From the NCBI GenBank assembly GCA_046757665.1, contig JBHHYO010000003.1, positions 18,049 to 82,048 of the forward strand: 64,000 nt of DNA, read 5' to 3'. The translations under genes and the position numbers were made by a program. Source of the stretch: Nitrospinales bacterium (GTDB lineage Bacteria > Nitrospinota > Nitrospinia > Nitrospinales > JAJDAT01). Under the pieces are notes generated by a model. The model was given only the letters and a program-made list of their open reading frames with translations, was not told the DNA's origin and did not search any database. Shown here piece after piece: positions 63,014 through 64,000 of the stretch; position 1 is the stretch's first letter; every line of letters starts with the position of its first letter.

Positions 63014-63966
63014 AAGCAATCAACATCCTGTTTCTCGCCCCCAACTGGCGCGTGTCCCTCGTCAATGCCTTTCAAAAAACGTTGCGGGATTTGCCCTGTC
63101 CGGGAAAACTGTCGGGAGCCGACAGCGACCCGCATTCCCCCGCGTTGCAAGTGGTGGATCGCGCCCACGTCATCCCCCGCTTCGAGTCGCCCGAATGCCT
63201 GGGCGAAATTCTGACCCTGTGCGACCGCGAAACCATCCATGCCATCATCCCGCTGACCAACAGGGCGGTGGAATTTCTGGATGCCAACCGAACGGCCTTC
63301 AGCCAACGCAACCTGCATCTCCTGATCAACGACAAGGCCGTCATCGAAACCTGCCACGACAAACTGAAGCTGGCGCGATTTTTCCGCGAAGCAGGCATCA
63401 CCTCCCCGGAAACCGTTCCTGCCGACTCGCCGAAACAAAAAATCTCCTTGCCCGCATTTGCCAAGCAGAGGCGCGGCGAAGGCGGGAAAAACCGGATGGT
63501 ACTGCAAGACGAACGCGACCTGGAGTTTTGCGCCGCGAAATTCCCCGGCCACGTGGTCCAGCCGCTCATCCGCGGCATGGAATACAGCATCGACTGGTTT
63601 GCCGACCGCAACGGCACGCCGCGGGTCATCGTACCCCGCGAGCGTCTGGCGGTCCGCGCCAGCGAGGTGATGGTCAGCCGCATTCGCCTGCATCCGGAAA
63701 TCATCGACGCCGCCCGCCGGGCGGGATTGCAACTGGGCTTGCGCGGGCCGGCCACTCTTCAGGGAATTCTTGACGAAGCCGGGCGGTTCCATTTTACCGA
63801 CGTCAATTTGCGGTTCGGTAGCGGGTCAATTCATAGCATCGCCGCTGGCGCCGACATCCCGCTTCTCATTTACCGGGAACTGTTGGGCGAACCGCTTCCC
63901 GACAAGGCCGACTCGGTGCAGGACGGCGCGGTCATGACGCGGTTTAGCGACGCTTTTTACATCTGA
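63010..63966 (+). CDS. ATP-grasp domain protein
   Basis: CHDK, KQRRGEGG, VQPLIRGMEYSID, PRER, VNLRFGSG. Confidence 0.82.
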   Translation: MKAINILFLAPNWRVSLVNAFQKTLRDLPCPGKLSGADSDPHSPALQVVDRAHVIPRFESPECLGEILTLCDRETIHAIIPLTNRAVEFLDANRTAFSQRNLHLLINDKAVIETCHDKLKLARFFREAGITSPETVPADSPKQKISLPAFAKQRRGEGGKNRMVLQDERDLEFCAAKFPGHVVQPLIRGMEYSIDWFADRNGTPRVIVPRERLAVRASEVMVSRIRLHPEIIDAARRAGLQLGLRGPATLQGILDEAGRFHFTDVNLRFGSGSIHSIAAGADIPLLIYRELLGEPLPDKADSVQDGAVMTRFSDAFYI

Positions 63967-64000
63967 GCGGGGCAACGCTTTCCGAAATCCGCCCCCACGC

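Overview
GC-rich bacterial chromosomal window from a diderm organism (MsbA, SMC, squalene-hopene cyclase, FlgM; a Nitrospinota/deltaproteobacteria-like gene mix is my impression, not a tested assignment). Most of it is housekeeping: ahcY, fba, rpmB, relA/spoT, recG, etfB, shc, tig-clpP-clpX-lon, nadE, smc and two tRNA-Leu. The standout is a minus-strand heavy-metal locus (2600-10367). Two long-spacer promoters there share one MerR-type dyad (CCCTGTA-N6-TACAGRG). They sit ahead of an outer-membrane beta-barrel, a MerP-like HMA protein, two NHL beta-propellers, a three-Cys MerR, a secreted LRR protein, a MerT/MerF-like transporter, a thioredoxin-fold protein and an SMR-like protein, with no merA or merB in the window. 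Other notable items: a toxin-antitoxin cassette bounded by 36-bp inverted repeats; a nested MITE/REP repeat family, one copy of which supplies the shc stop codon; oleAB without oleCD; a USP-USP/3x PCP_red/CxxC fusion; tandem NrdR-like boxes upstream of smc; tandem TMTC-like glycosyltransferases; and a double radical-SAM/GT2/methyltransferase operon. All calls come from reading motifs by eye; no searches were run.
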